Below are positions 1 to 15,000 of a stretch of DNA of 64,000 bases, piece after piece (within the stretch, counting starts at the first letter, position 1; each line of letters opens with the position of its first letter). Location of the stretch: positions 358,484,001 through 358,548,000 of the forward strand of contig OZ024742.1 in NCBI GenBank assembly GCA_964016885.1, read 5' to 3'. The position numbers were made by a program, and so were the translations under genes. A model generated the notes under the pieces. That model searched no databases. It was not told the origin of the DNA and saw only the letters and a program-made list of their open reading frames with translations. Source of the DNA: Eledone cirrhosa. Its lineage: Eukaryota.

Positions 1-3000
1 GGCTTTGGTTTTATGAAATAAAACTGTTTTATCTCTTAGATTACCAACATGTACAAAACTGGCTTTGGTTCTATGAAGTACAACTGTTTTATCTCTTAGA
101 TTACCAACATGTACAAAACTGGCTTTGGTTCTATGACATAAAACTGTTTTGTCCCTTTAGTTACCAACAGGTCCAAAACTGGCTTTGGTTCTATGAAATA
201 AAACTATTTTATCCCTTTAGTTACCAACATGTCCAGAACTGGCTTTGGTTCTATGAAATAAAACTGTTTTATCCCTTTATCTATAAACATGTCCAAAACT
301 GGCTTTGGTTCTATGTAATAAAACTATTTTATCCCTTTAGTTATCAACCCGGTCAAAACTGGCTTTGGTTCTATGAAATAAAACTATTTTATCCCTTTAT
401 TTACCAATATGTCCAAAACTGGCTTTGGTTCTATGAAATAAAACTGTTTTATCCCTTTAGTTACCAACATGTCCAAAACTTGTTCTGGTTCTATGAAATA
501 AAACGGTTTTATCCGTTTAGTTATCAACATGTCCAAAAGTGGCTTTGGTTCTATGAAATAATACTGTTTTATCCCTTTAGTTACCAACATGTCCAAAACT
601 GGCTTTGGTTTCATGAAATAAAACTGTTTTATCCCTTTAGTTACCAACAGGTCCAAAACTGGCTCTGGTTCTATGTAATAAAACTGTTTTATCCCTTTCA
701 GTTACCAACATGTCCAAAACTGGCTTTGGTTCTATGAAATAAAACTGTTTTTCCCTTTAGTTATTAACATGTCCAAAACTGGCTTTGGTTCTATGAAATA
801 AACCTGTTTTATCCCTTTAGCTATAAACATGACCAAAACTGGCTTTGGTTCTATGTAATAAAACTGTTTTATCCCTTTAGTTATCACCCCTCCCAAAACT
901 GGCTTTTATTCTATGAAATAAAACTAATTTATCCCTTTAGTTACCACCATGTCCAAAACTGGCTTTGGTTTTATGAAATAAAAATGTTTTATATCTTTAA
1001 TTACCAACATGTCCAAAACTGGCTTTGGTTCTATGAAATAAAACTGTTTTATCTCTTTAGTTACCAACATGTACAAAACTGGCTTTGGTTCTATGACATA
1101 AAACTATTTTATCCCTTTCAGTTACCAACATGTCCAAAACTGGCTTTGGTTCTATGAAATAAAACTGCTGTATCCCTTTAGTTACTAAACCAGCTAAAAA
1201 AAGCTCTGGTTCTATGAAATACAACTGTTTTAGCCCTTTAATTATCAACCCAGACAAAACCAGCTCTGGTTCTATGAAATAAAACTGTTTCATCCCTTTA
1301 ATTATCAACCCGGCCAAAACTGGTTCTGGTTCTATGAAATAAAACAGTTTTATCCCTTTAGTTATCAACATGTCCAAAATTGGCTTTGGTTCTATGAAAT
1401 AAAACTGTGTTATCCCTTTAGTTATCAACATGTCCAAAAATGGCTCTGGTTCTATGAAATTAAACTGTTTTATCCCCTTAGTTACTAACATGTCCAAAAC
1501 TGACTTCGGTTCTATGAAATAAAACTGTTTTATCCCTTTAGTTATCAATATGTCCAAAACTGGCTCTGGTTCTATGAAATAAAACTGTTTTATCCCTTTA
1601 GTTACCAACATGTCCAAAACTGGCTTTGGTTCTATGAAATAAAAATGGTTTATCCCTTTAGGTATCAACATGTCCAAAACTGGTTCTGGTTCTATGAAAT
1701 AAAATTGTTTTATCCCTTTAGTTACCAAACCAGCTAAAAAGAGCTCTGGTTCTATGAAATAAAACTGTTTTATCCCTTCAATTATCAACCCGGCCAAAAT
1801 TGGTTCTGGTTCTATGAAATAAAACTGTTTTATCCCTTCAATTACCAACCCGGCCAAAATTGGTTCTGGTTCTATGAAATAAAACTGTTTTATCCCTTTA
1901 GTTACCAACATCTCCAAAACTGTCTTTGGTTCTATGAAATAAAACTGTTTTATCCCTTTCAGTTACCAACATGTCCTAAACTGGCTTTGGTTCTATAAAA
2001 TACATCTGTTTTATCCCTTTAGTTATAAACATGTCCAAAACTGGCTTTGGTTCTATGAAATAATACTGTTTTATCCCTTTCAGTTACCAACATGTCCAAA
2101 ACTGGCTTTGGTTCTATGAAATAAATCTGTTTTTCCCTTTAGTTATGAACATGTCCAAAACTGTCTTTGGTTCTATGAAATACATCTGTTTTATCCCTTT
2201 CAGTTACCAACATGTCCAAAACTGACTTTGGTTCTATGTAATAAAACTGTTTTATCCTTTTCAGTTACCAACATGTCTAACACTGGCTTTGGTTCTATGA
2301 AATAAAACTATGTTATCCCTTTAGTTACCAACATGTCCAAAACTGTTTCTGGTTCTATGAAATAAAATTGTTTTATCCCTTTAGTTACCAAACCAGCTAA
2401 AAAGAGCTCTGGTTCTATGAAATAAAACTGTTTTAGCCCTTTAGTTATCAACCAGGCCAAAACCAGCTCTGGTTCTATGAAATAAAACTGTTTTATCCCT
2501 TCAATTATCAACCCGGCCAAAATTGGTTCTGGTTCTATGAAATAAAACTGTTTTATCCCTTTAGTTACCAACATCTCCAAAACTGTCTTTGGTTCTATGA
2601 AATAAAACTGTTTTATCCCTTTCATTTACCAACATGTCCTAAACTGGCTTTGGTTATATGTAATAAAACTGCTTTATCCCTTTCAGTTACCAACATGTCC
2701 AAAACTGGCTTTGGTTCTATGAAATAAAAGTGTTTTATCCCTTTAGTTATCAACCCGGCCAAAACTGGCTTTGGTTCTATGAAATAAAACTATTTTATCC
2801 CTTTATTTACCAACATGTCCAAAACTGGCTTTGGTTCTATGAAATAAAACTGTTTTATCCCTTTAGTTACCAACATGTTCAAATCTGGCTTTGGTTCTAT
2901 GTAATAAAACTATTTTATCCCTTTCAGTTACCAACATGTCCAAAACTGGCTTTGGTTCTATGAAATAAAACTGTTTTATCCCTTTATTTATCAACATGTC

Positions 3001-6000
3001 CAAAACTGGCTTTGGTTCTATGTAATAAAACTGTTGTATCCCTTTAGTTACCAACATGTCCAAAACTGGCTTTGGTTCTATGAAATAAAACTATTTTATC
3101 CCTTTAGTTACCAACATGTCCAAAACTGGCTTTGGTTCTATGAAATAAAACTATTTTATCCCTTTAGTTACCAACATGTCCAAAACTGGTTCTGGTTCTA
3201 TGAAATAAAATTGTTTTATTCCTTTAGTTACCAAACCAGCTAAAAAGAGCTCTGGTTCTATGAAATAAAACTGTTTTATCCCTTTAGTTACCAACATGTC
3301 CAAAACTGGCTTTGGTTCTATGAAATAAAACTGTTTTATCTCTTAGATTACCAACATGTACAAAACTGGCTTTGGTTCTATGAAGTACAACTGTTTTATC
3401 TCTTAGATTACCAACATGTACAAAACTGGCTTTGGTTCTATGACATAAAACTGTTTTGTCCCTTTAGTTACCAACAGGTCCAAAACTGGCTTTGGTTCTA
3501 TGAAATAAAACTATTTTATCCCTTTAGTTACCAACATGTCCAAAACTGGCTTTGGTTCTATGAAATAAAACTGTTTTATCCCTTTATCTATAAACATGTC
3601 CAAAACTGGCTTTGGTTCTATGTAATAAAACTATTTTATCCCTTTAGTTATCAACCCGGTCAAAACTGGCTTTGGTTCTATGAAATAAAACTATTTTATC
3701 CCTTTATTTACCAATATGTCCAAAACTGGCTTTGGTTCTATGAAATAAAACTGTTTTATCCCTTTAGTTACCAACATGTCCAAAACTTGTTCTGGTTCTA
3801 TGAAATAAAACGGTTTTATCCGTTTAGTTATCAACATGTCCAAAACTGGCTTTGGTTCTATGAAATAATACTGTTTTATCCCTTTAGTTACCAACATGTC
3901 CAAAACTGGCTTTGGTTTCATGAAATAAAACTGTTTTATCCCTTTAGTTACCAACAGGTCCAAAACTGGCTCTGGTTCTATGTAATAAAACTGTTTTATC
4001 CCTTTCAGTTACCAACATGTCCAAAACTGGCTTTGGTTCTATGAAATAAAACTGTTTTTCCCTTTAGTTATTAACATGTCCAAAACTGGCTTTGGTTCTA
4101 TGAAATAAACCTGTTTTTCCCTTTAGTTATGAACATGTCCAAAACTGTCTTTGGTTCTATGAAATACATCTGTTTTATCCCTTTCAGTTACCAACATGTC
4201 CAAAACTGGCTTTGGTTCTATGAAATAAATCTGTTTTTCCCTTTAGTTATGAACATGTCCAAAACTGTCTTTGGTTCTATGAAATACATCTGTTTTATCC
4301 CTTTCAGTTACCAACATGTCCAAAACTGACTTTGGTTCTATGTAATAAAACTGTTTTATCCTTTTCAGTTACCAACATGTCTAACACTGGCTTTGGTTCT
4401 ATGAAATAAAACTATGTTATCCCTTTAGTTACCAACATGTCCAAAACTGTTTCTGGTTCTATGAAATAAAATTGTTTTATCCCTTTAGTTACCAAACCAG
4501 CTAAAAAGAGCTCTGGTTCTATGAAATAAAACTGTTTTAGCCCTTTAGTTATCAACCAGGCCAAAACCAGCTCTGGTTCTATGAAATAAAACTGTTTTAT
4601 CCCTTCAATTATCAACCCGGCCAAAATTGGTTCTGGTTCTATGAAATAAAACTGTTTTATCCATTTAGTTACCAACATCTCCAAAACTGTCTTTGGTTCT
4701 ATGAAATAAAACTGTTTTATCCCTTTCATTTACCAACATGTCCTAAACTGGCTTTGGTTATATGTAATAAAACTGCTTTATCCCTTTCAGTTACCAACAT
4801 GTCCAAAACTGGCTTTGGTTCTATGAAATAAAAGTGTTTTATCCCTTTAGTTATCAACCCGGCCAAAACTGGCTTTGGTTCTATGAAATAAAACTATTTT
4901 ATCCCTTTATTTACCAACATGTCCAAAACTGGCTTTGGTTCTATGAAATAAAACTGTTTTATCCCTTTAGTTACCAACATGTTCAAATCTGGCTTTGGTT
5001 CTATGTAATAAAACTATTTTATCCCTTTCAGTTACCAACATGTCCAAAACTGGCTTTGGTTCTATGAAATAAAACTGTTTTATCCCTTTATTTATCAACA
5101 TGTCCAAAACTGGCTTTGGTTCTATGTAATAAAACTGTTGTATCCCTTTAGTTACCAACATGTCCAAAACTGGCTTTGGTTCTATGAAATAAAACTATTT
5201 TATCCCTTTAGTTACCAACATGTCCAAAACTGGCTTTGGTTCTATGAAATAAAACTATTTTATCCCTTTAGTTACCAACATGTCCAAAACTGGTTCTGGT
5301 TCTATGAAATAAAATTGTTTTATTCCTTTAGTTACCAAACCAGCTAAAAAGAGCTCTGGTTCTATGAAATAAAACTGTTTTATCCCTTTAGTTACCAACA
5401 TGTCCAAAACTGGCTTTGGTTCTATGAAATAAAACTGTTTTATCTCTTAGATTACCAACATGTACAAAACTGGCTTTGGTTCTATGAAGTACAACTGTTT
5501 TATCTCTTAGATTACCAACATGTACAAAACTGGCTTTGGTTCTATGACATAAAACTGTTTTGTCCCTTTAGTTACCAACAGGTCCAAAACTGGCTTTGGT
5601 TCTATGAAATAAAACTATTTTATCCCTTTAGTTACCAACATGTCCAAAACTGGCTTTGGTTCTATGAAATAAAACTGTTTTATCCCTTTATCTATAAACA
5701 TGTCCAAAACTGGCTTTGGTTCTATGTAATAAAACTATTTTATCCCTTTAGTTATCAACCCGGTCAAAACTGGCTTTGGTTCTATGAAATAAAACTATTT
5801 TATCCCTTTATTTACCAATATGTCCAAAACTGGCTTTGGTTCTATGAAATAAAACTGTTTTATCCCTTTAGTTACCAACATGTCCAAAACTTGTTCTGGT
5901 TCTATGAAATAAAACGGTTTTATCCGTTTAGTTATCAACATGTCCAAAACTGGCTTTGGTTCTATGAAATAATACTGTTTTATCCCTTTAGTTACCAACA

Positions 6001-9000
6001 TGTCCAAAACTGGCTTTGGTTTCATGAAATAAAACTGTTTTATCCCTTTAGTTACCAACAGGTCCAAAACTGGCTCTGGTTCTATGTAATAAAACTGTTT
6101 TATCCCTTTCAGTTACCAACATGTCCAAAACTGGCTTTGGTTCTATGAAATAAAACTGTTTTTCCCTTTAGTTATTAACATGTCCAAAACTGGCTTTGGT
6201 TCTATGAAATAAACCTGTTATATCCCTTTAGCTATAAACATGACCAAAACTGGCTTTGGTTCTATGTAATAAAACTGTTTTATCCCTTTAGTTATCACCC
6301 CTCCCAAAACTGGCTTTTATTCTATGAAATAAAACTAATTTATCCCTTTAGTTACCACCATGTCCAAAACTGGCTTTGGTTTTATGAAATAAAAATGTTT
6401 TATATCTTTAATTACCAACATGTCCAAAACTGGCTTTGGTTCTATGAAATAAAACTGTTTTATCTCTTTAGTTACCAACATGTACAAAACTGGCTTTGGT
6501 TCTATGACATAAAACTATTTTATCCCTTTCAGTTACCAACATGTCCAAAACTGGCTTTGGTTCTATGAAATAAAACTGCTGTATCCCTTTAGTTACCAAC
6601 ATGTCCAAAACTGGCTTTGGTTCTATGAAATAAGAATATTTTATCCCATTAGTTACAAACATGTCCAAAACTGGCTTTGGTTCTATGAAATAAAAATGTT
6701 TTAACCCTTTAGTTACTAAACCAGCTAAAAAAAGCTCTGGTTCTATGAAATACAGCTGTTTTAGCCCTTTAATTATCAACCCAGACAAAACCAGCTCTGG
6801 TTCTATGAAATAAAACTGTTTCATCCCTTTAATTATCAACCCAGCCAAAACTGGTTCTGGTTCTATGAAATAAAACTGTGTTATCCCTTTAGTTATCAAC
6901 ATGTCCAAAAATGGCTCTGGTTCTATGAAATTAAACTGTTTTATCCCCTTAGTTACCAACATGTCCAAAACTGGCTTTGGTTCTATGAAATAAAAATGGT
7001 TTATCCCTTTAGGTATCAACATGTCCAAAACTGGTTCTGGTTCTATGAAATAAAATTGTTTTATCCCTTTAGTTACCAAACCAGCTAAAAAGAGCTCTGG
7101 TTCTATGAAATAAAACTGTTTTATCCCTTCAATTATCAACCCGGCCAAAATTGGTTCTGGTTCTATGAAATAAAACTGTTTTATCCCTTTCAGTTACCAA
7201 CATGTCCTAAACTGGCTTTGGTTCTATGAAATAAAAGTGTTTTATCCCTTTAGTTATCAACCCGGCCAAAACTGGCTTTGGTTCTATGAAATAAAACTGT
7301 TTTATCCCTTCAATTACCAACCCGGCCAAAATTGGTTCTGGTTCTATGAAATAAAACTGTTTTATCCCTTTAGTTACCAACATCTCCAAAACTGTCTTTG
7401 GTTCTATGAAATAAAACTGTTTTATCCCTTTCAGTTACCAACATGTCCTAAACTGGCTTTGGTTCTATGAAATACATCTGTTTTATCCCTTTAGTTATAA
7501 ACATGTCCAAAACTGGCTTTGGTTCTATGAAATAATACTGTTTTATCCCTTTCAGTTACCAACATGTCCAAAACTGGCTTTGGTTCTATGAAATAAAACT
7601 GTTTTTCCCTTTAGTTATGAACATGTCCAAAACTGGCTTTGGTTCTATGAAATACATCTGTTTTATCCCTTTCAGTTACCAACATGTCCAAAACTGACTT
7701 TGGTTCTATGTAATAAAACTGTTTTATCCTTTTCAGTTACCAACATGTCTAACACTGGCTTTGGTTCTATGAAATAAAACTATGTTATCCCTTTAGTTAC
7801 CAACATGTCCAAAACTGGCTTTGGTTCTATGAAATGAAACTGTTTTATCACTTTAGTTACCAACATGTCCAAAACTGGCTTTGGTTCTATGAAATAAAAC
7901 TGTTTTATCCCTTTAGTTACCAACATGTTCAAAACTGGCTTTGGTTCTATGAAATACATCTGTTTTATCCCTTTAGTTATAAACATGTCCAAAACTGGCT
8001 TTGGTTCTATGAAATAAAACTGTTTTATCCCTTTATTTATCAACATGTCCAAAACTGGCTTTGGTTCTATGTAATAAAACTGTTGTATCCCTTTAGTTAC
8101 CAACATGTCCAAAACTGGCTTTGGTTCTATGAAATAAAACTATTTTATCCCTTTAGTTACCAACATGTCCAAAACTGGCTTTGGTTCTATGAAATAAAAA
8201 TATTTTATCCCTTTAGTTACCAACATGTCCAAAACTGGTTCTGGTTCTATGAAATAAAATTGTTTTATCCCTTTAGTTACCAAACCAGCTAAAAAGAGCT
8301 CTGGCTCTATGAAATAAAACTGTTTTAGCCCTTTAGTTATCAACCAGGCCAAAACCAGCTCTGGTTCTATGAAATAAAACTGTTTTATCCCTTCAATTAT
8401 CAACCCGGCCAAAATTGGTTCTGGTTCTATGAAATAAAACTGTTTTATCCCTTTAGTTACCAACATCTCCAAAACTGTCTTTGGTTCTATGAAATAAAAC
8501 TGTTTTATCCCTTTCATTTACCAACATGTCCTAAACTGGCTTTGGTTATATGTAATAAAACTGCTTTATCCCTTTCAGTTACCAACATGTCCAAAACTGG
8601 CTTTGGTTCTATGAAATAAAAGTGTTTTATCCCTTTAGTTATCAATCCGGCCAAGACTGGCTTTGGTTCTATGAAATAAAACTATTTTATCCCTTTATTT
8701 ACCAACATGTCCAAAACTGGCTTTGGTTCTATGAAATAAAACTGTTTTATCCCTTTAGTTACCAACATGTTCAAATCTGGCTTTGGTTCTATGTAATAAA
8801 ACTATTTTATCCCTTTCAGTTACCAACATGTCCAAAACTGGCTTTGGTTCTATGAAATAAAACTGTTTTATCCCTTTATTTATCAACATGTCCAAAACTG
8901 GCTTTGGTTCTATGTAATAAAACTGTTGTATCCCTTTAGTTACCAACATGTCCAAAACTGGCTTTGGTTCTATGAAATAAAACTATTTTATCCCTTTAGT

Positions 9001-12000
9001 TACCAACATGTCCAAAACTGGCTTTGGTTCTATGAAATAAAACTATTTTATCCCTTTAGTTACCAACATGTCCAAAACTGGTTCTGGTTCTATGAAATAA
9101 AATTGTTTTATTCCTTTAGTTACCAAACCAGCTAAAAAGAGCTCTGGTTCTATGAAATAAAACTGTTTTAGCCCTTTAGTTATCAACCAGGCCAAAACCA
9201 GCTCTGGTTCTATGAAATAAAACTGTTTTATCCCTTCAATTATCAACCCGGCCAAAATTGGTTCTGGTTCTATGAAATAAAACTGTTTTATCCCTTTAGT
9301 TACCAACATCTCCAAAACTGTCTTTGGTTCTATGAAATAAAACTGTTTTATCCCTTTCAGTTACCAACATGCCCTAAACTGGCTTTGGTTATATGTAATA
9401 AAACTGTTTTATCCCTTTCAGTTACCAACATGTCCAAAACTGGCTTTGGTTCTATGAAATAAAAGTGTTTTATCCCTTTAGTTATCAACCCGGCCAAAAC
9501 TGGCTTTGGTTCTATGAAATAAAACTATTTTATCCCTTTATTTACCAACATGTCCAAAACTGGCTTTGGTTCTATGAAATAAAACTGTTTTATCCCTTTA
9601 GTTACCAACATGTTCAAATCTGGCTTTGGTTCTATGTAATAAAACTATTTTATCCCTTTCAGTTACCAACATGTCCAAAACTGGCTTTGGTTCTATGAAA
9701 TAAAACTGTTTTATCCCTTTATTTATCAACATGTCCAAAACTGGCTTTGGTTCTATGTAATAAAACTGTTGTATCCCTTTAGTTACCAACATGTCCAAAA
9801 CTGGCTTTGGTTCTATGAAATAAAACTATTTTATCCCTTTAGTTACCAACATGTCCAAAACTGCCTTTGGTTCTATGAAATAAAACTATTTTATCCCTTT
9901 AGTTACCAACATGTCCAAAACTGGTTCTGGTTCTATGAAATAAAATTGTTTTATTCCTTTAGTTACCAAACCAGCTAAAAAGAGCTCTGGTTCTATGAAA
10001 TAAAACTGTTTTAGCCCTTTAGTTATCAACCAGGCCAAAACCAGCTCTGGTTCTATGAAATAAAAGTGTTTTATCCCTTTAGTTATCAACCCGGCCAAAA
10101 CTGGCTTTGGTTCTATGAAATAAAACTATTTTATCCCTTTATTTACCAACATGTCCAAAACTGGCTTTGGTTCTATGAAATAAAACTGTTTTATCCCTTT
10201 AGTTACCAACATGTCCAAAACTGGTTCTGGTTCTATGAAATAAAACGGTTTTATCCGTTTAGTTATCAACATTTCCAAAACTGGCTTTGGTTCTATGAAA
10301 TACATCTGTTTTATCCCTTTAGTTATCAACATGTCCAAAACTGGCTTTGGTTCTATGAAATAATACTGTTTTATCCCTTTCAGTTACCAACATGTCCAAA
10401 ACTGGCTTTGGTTCTATGAAATAAAACTGTTTTTCCCTTTAGTTATGAACATGTCCAAAACTGTCTTTGGTTCTATGAAATAAATCTGTTTTATCCCTTT
10501 CAGTTACCAACATGTCCAAAACTGACTTTGGTTCTATGTAATAAAACTGTTTTATCCTTTTCAGTTACCAACATGTCTAACACTGGCTTTGGTTCTATGA
10601 AATAAAACTATGTTATCCCTTTAGTTACCAACATGTCCAAAACTGGCATTGGTTCTATGAAATGAAACTGTTTTATCACTTTAGTTACCAACATGTCCAA
10701 AACTGGCTTTGGTTCTATGAAATAAAACTGTTTTATCCCTTTAGTTACCAACATGTCCAAAACTGGCTTTGGTTCTATGTAATAAAACTATTTTATCCCT
10801 TTCAGTTACCAACATGTCCAAAACTGGCTTTGGTTCTATGAAATAAAACTGTTTTATCCCTTTATTTATCAACATGTCCAAAACTGGCTTTGGTTCTATG
10901 TAATAAAACTGTTGTATTCCTTTAGTTACCAACATGTCCAAAACTGGCTTTGGTTCTATGAAATAAAACTATTTTATCCCTTTAGTTACCAACATGTCCA
11001 AAACTGGTTCTGGTTCTATGAAATAAAATTGTTTTATCCCTTTAGTTACCAAACCAGCTAAAAAGAGCTCTGGTTCTATGAAATAAAACTGTTTTAGCCC
11101 TTTAGTTATCAACCAGGCCAAAACCAGCTCTGGTTCTATGAAATAAAACTGTTTTATCCCTTCAATTATCAACCCGGCCAAAATTGGTTCTGGTTCTATG
11201 AAATAAAACTGTTTTATCCCTTTAGTTACCAACATCTCCAAAACTGTCTTTGGTTCTATGAAATAAAACTGTTTTATCCCTTTCAGTTACCAACATGTCC
11301 TAAACTGGCTTTGGTTATATGTAATAAAACTGTTTTATCCCTTTCAGTCACCAACATGTCCAAAACTGGCTTTGGTTCTATGAAATAAAAGTGTTTTATC
11401 CCTTTAGTTATCAACCCGGCCAAAACTGGCTTTGGTTCTATGAAATAAAACTATTTTATCCCTTTATTTACCAACATGTCCAAAACTGGCTTTGGTTCTA
11501 TGAAATAAAACTGTTTTATCCCTTTAGTTACCAACATGTCCAAAACTGGTTCTGGTTCTATGAAATAAAACTGTTTTATCCGTTTAGTTATCAACATTTC
11601 TAAAACTGGCTTTGGTTCTATGAAATACATCTGTTTTATCCCTTTAGTTATCAACATGTCCAAAACTGGCTTTGGTTCTATGAAATAATACTGTTTTATC
11701 CCTTTCAGTTACCAACATGTCCAAAACTGGCTTTGGTTCTATGAAATAAAACTGTTTTTTCCCTTTAGTTATGAACATGTCCAAAACTGTCTTTGGTTCT
11801 ATGAAATAAATCTGTTTTATCCCTTTCAGTTACCAACATGTCCAAAACTGACTTTGGTTCTATGTAATAAAACTGTTTTATCCTTTTCAGTTACCAACAT
11901 GTCTAACACTGGCTTTGGTTCTATGAAATAAAACTATGTTATCCCTTTAGTTACCAACATGTCCCAAACTGGCTTTGGTTCTATGAAATGAAACTGTTTT

Positions 12001-15000
12001 ATCACTTTAGTTACCAACATGTCCAAAACTGGCTTTGGTTCTATGAAATAAAACTGTTTTATCCCTTTAGTTACCAACATGTCCAAAACTGGCTTTGGTT
12101 CTATGTAATAAAACTATTTTATCCCTTTCAGTTACCAACATATCCAAAACTGGCTTTGGTTCTATGAAATAAAACTGTTTTATCCCTTTATTTATCAACA
12201 TGTCCAAAACTGGCTTTGGTTCTATGTAATAAAACTGTTGTATCCCTTTAGTTACCAACATGTCCAAAACTGGCTTTGGTTCTATGAAATAAAACTATTT
12301 TATCCCTTTAGTTACCAACATGTCCAAAACTGGCTTTGGTTCTATGAAATAAAACTGTTTTATCTATTTAGTTACCAAACCAGCTAAAAAAAGCTCTGGT
12401 TTTATGAAATAAAACTGTTTTAGCCCTTTAGTTATCAACCCGGCCAAAATCAGCTCTGGTTCTATGAAATACAACTGTTTTATCCCTTTAATTATCAACC
12501 CGGCCAAAATTGGTTCCGGTTCTATGAAATAAAACTGTTTTATCCCTTTAGTTATCAACGTGTCCAAAACTGGCTTTGGTTCTATGAAATAAAACTGTTT
12601 TATCCCTTTATTTATCAACATGTCCAAAACTGGCTTTGGTTCTATGTAATAAAACTGTTGTATCCCTTTAGTTACCAACATGTCCAAAACTGGCTTTGGT
12701 TCTATGAAATAAAACTATTTTATCCCTTTAATTACCAACATGTCCAAAACTGGCTTTGGTTCTATGAAATAAAACTATTTTATCCCTTTAGTTACCAACA
12801 TGTCCAAAACTGGTTCTGGTTCTATGAAATAAAATTGTTTTATTCCTTTAGTTACCAAACCAGCTAAAAAGAGCTCTGGTTCTATGAAATAAAACTGTTT
12901 TAGCCCTTTAGTTATCAACCAGGCCAAAACCAGCTCTGGTTCTATGAAATAAAACTGTTTTATCCCTTCAATTATCAACCCGGCCAAAATTGGTTCTGGT
13001 TCTATGAAATAAAACTGTTTTATCCCTTTAGTTACCAACATCTCCAAAACTGTCTTTGGTTCTATGAAATAAAACTGTTTTATCCCTTTCAGTTACCAAC
13101 ATGCCCTAAACTGGCTTTGGTTATATGTAATAAAACTGTTTTATCCCTTTCAGTTACCAACATGTCCAAAACTGGCTTTGGTTCTATGAAATAAAAGTGT
13201 TTTATCCCTTTAGTTATCAACCCGGCCAAAACTGGCTTTGGTTCTATGAAATAAAACTATTTTATCCCTTTATTTACCAACATGTCCAAAACTGGCTTTG
13301 GTTCTATGAAATAAAACTGTTTTATCCCTTTAGTTACCAACATGTCCAAAACTGGTTCTGGTTCTATGAAATAAAACGGTTTTATCCGTTTAGTTATCAA
13401 CATTTCCAAAACTGGCTTTGGTTCTATGAAATACATCTGTTTTATCCCTTTAGTTATCAACATGTCCAAAACTGGCTTTGGTTCTATGAAATAATACTGT
13501 TTTATCCCTTTCAGTTACCAACATGTCCAAAACTGGCTTTGGTTCTATGAAATAAAACTGTTTTTCCCTTTAGTTATGAACATGTCAAAAACTGTCTTTG
13601 GTTCTATGAAATAAATCTGTTTTATCCCTTTCAGTTACCAACATGTCCAAAACTGACTTTGGTTCTATGTAATAAAACTGTTTTATCCTTTTCAGTTACC
13701 AACATGTCTAACACTGGCTTTGGTTCTATGAAATAAAACTATGTTATCCCTTTAGTTACCAACATGTCCAAAACTGGCATTGGTTCTATGAAATGAAACT
13801 GTTTTATCACTTTAGTTACCAACATGTCCAAAACTGGCTTTGGTTCTATGAAATAAAACTGTTTTATCCCTTTAGTTACCAACATGTCCAAAACTGGCTT
13901 TGGTTCTATGTAATAAAACTATTTTATCCCTTTCAGTTACCAACATGTCCAAAACTGGCTTTGGTTCTATGAAATAAAACTGTTTTATCCCTTTATTTAT
14001 CAACATGTCCAAAACTGGCTTTGGTTCTATGTAATAAAACTGTTGTATCCCTTTAGTTACCAACATGTCCAAAACTGGCTTTGGTTCTATGAAATAAAAC
14101 TATTTTATCCCTTTAGTTACCAACATGTCCAAAACTGGCTTTGGTTCTATGAAATAAAACTGTTTTATCTATTTAGTTACCAAACCAGCTAAAAAGAGCT
14201 CTGGTTCTATGAAATAAAACTGTTTTAGCCCTTTAGTTATCAACCAGGCCAAAACCAGCTCTGGTTCTATGAAATAAAACTGTTTTATCCCTTCAATTAT
14301 CAACCCGGCCAAAATTGGTTCTGGTTCTATGAAATAAAACTGTTTTATCCCTTTAGTTACCAACATCTCCAAAACTGTCTTTGGTTCTATGAAATAAAAC
14401 TGTTTTATCCCTTTCAGTTACCAACATGTCCTAAACTGGCTTTGGTTATATGTAATAAAACTGTTTTATCCCTTTCAGTCACCAACATGTCCAAAACTGG
14501 CTTTGGTTCTATGAAATAAAAGTGTTTTATCCCTTTAGTTATCAACCCGGCCAAAACTGGCTTTGGTTCTATGAAATAAAACTATTTTATCCCTTTATTT
14601 ACCAACATGTCCAAAACTGGCTTTGGTTCTATGAAATAAAACTGTTTTATCCCTTTAGTTACCAACATGTCCAAAACTGGTTCTGGTTCTATGAAATAAA
14701 ACTGTTTTATCCGTTTAGTTATCAACATTTCTAAAACTGGCTTTGGTTCTATGAAATACATCTGTTTTATCCCTTTAGTTATCAACATGTCCAAAACTGG
14801 CTTTGGTTCTATGAAATAATACTGTTTTATCCCTTTCAGTTACCAACATGTCCAAAACTGGCTTTGGTTCTATGAAATAAAACTGTTTTTTCCCTTTAGT
14901 TATGAACATGTCCAAAACTGTCTTTGGTTCTATGAAATAAATCTGTTTTATCCCTTTCAGTTACCAACATGTCCAAAACTGACTTTGGTTCTATGTAATA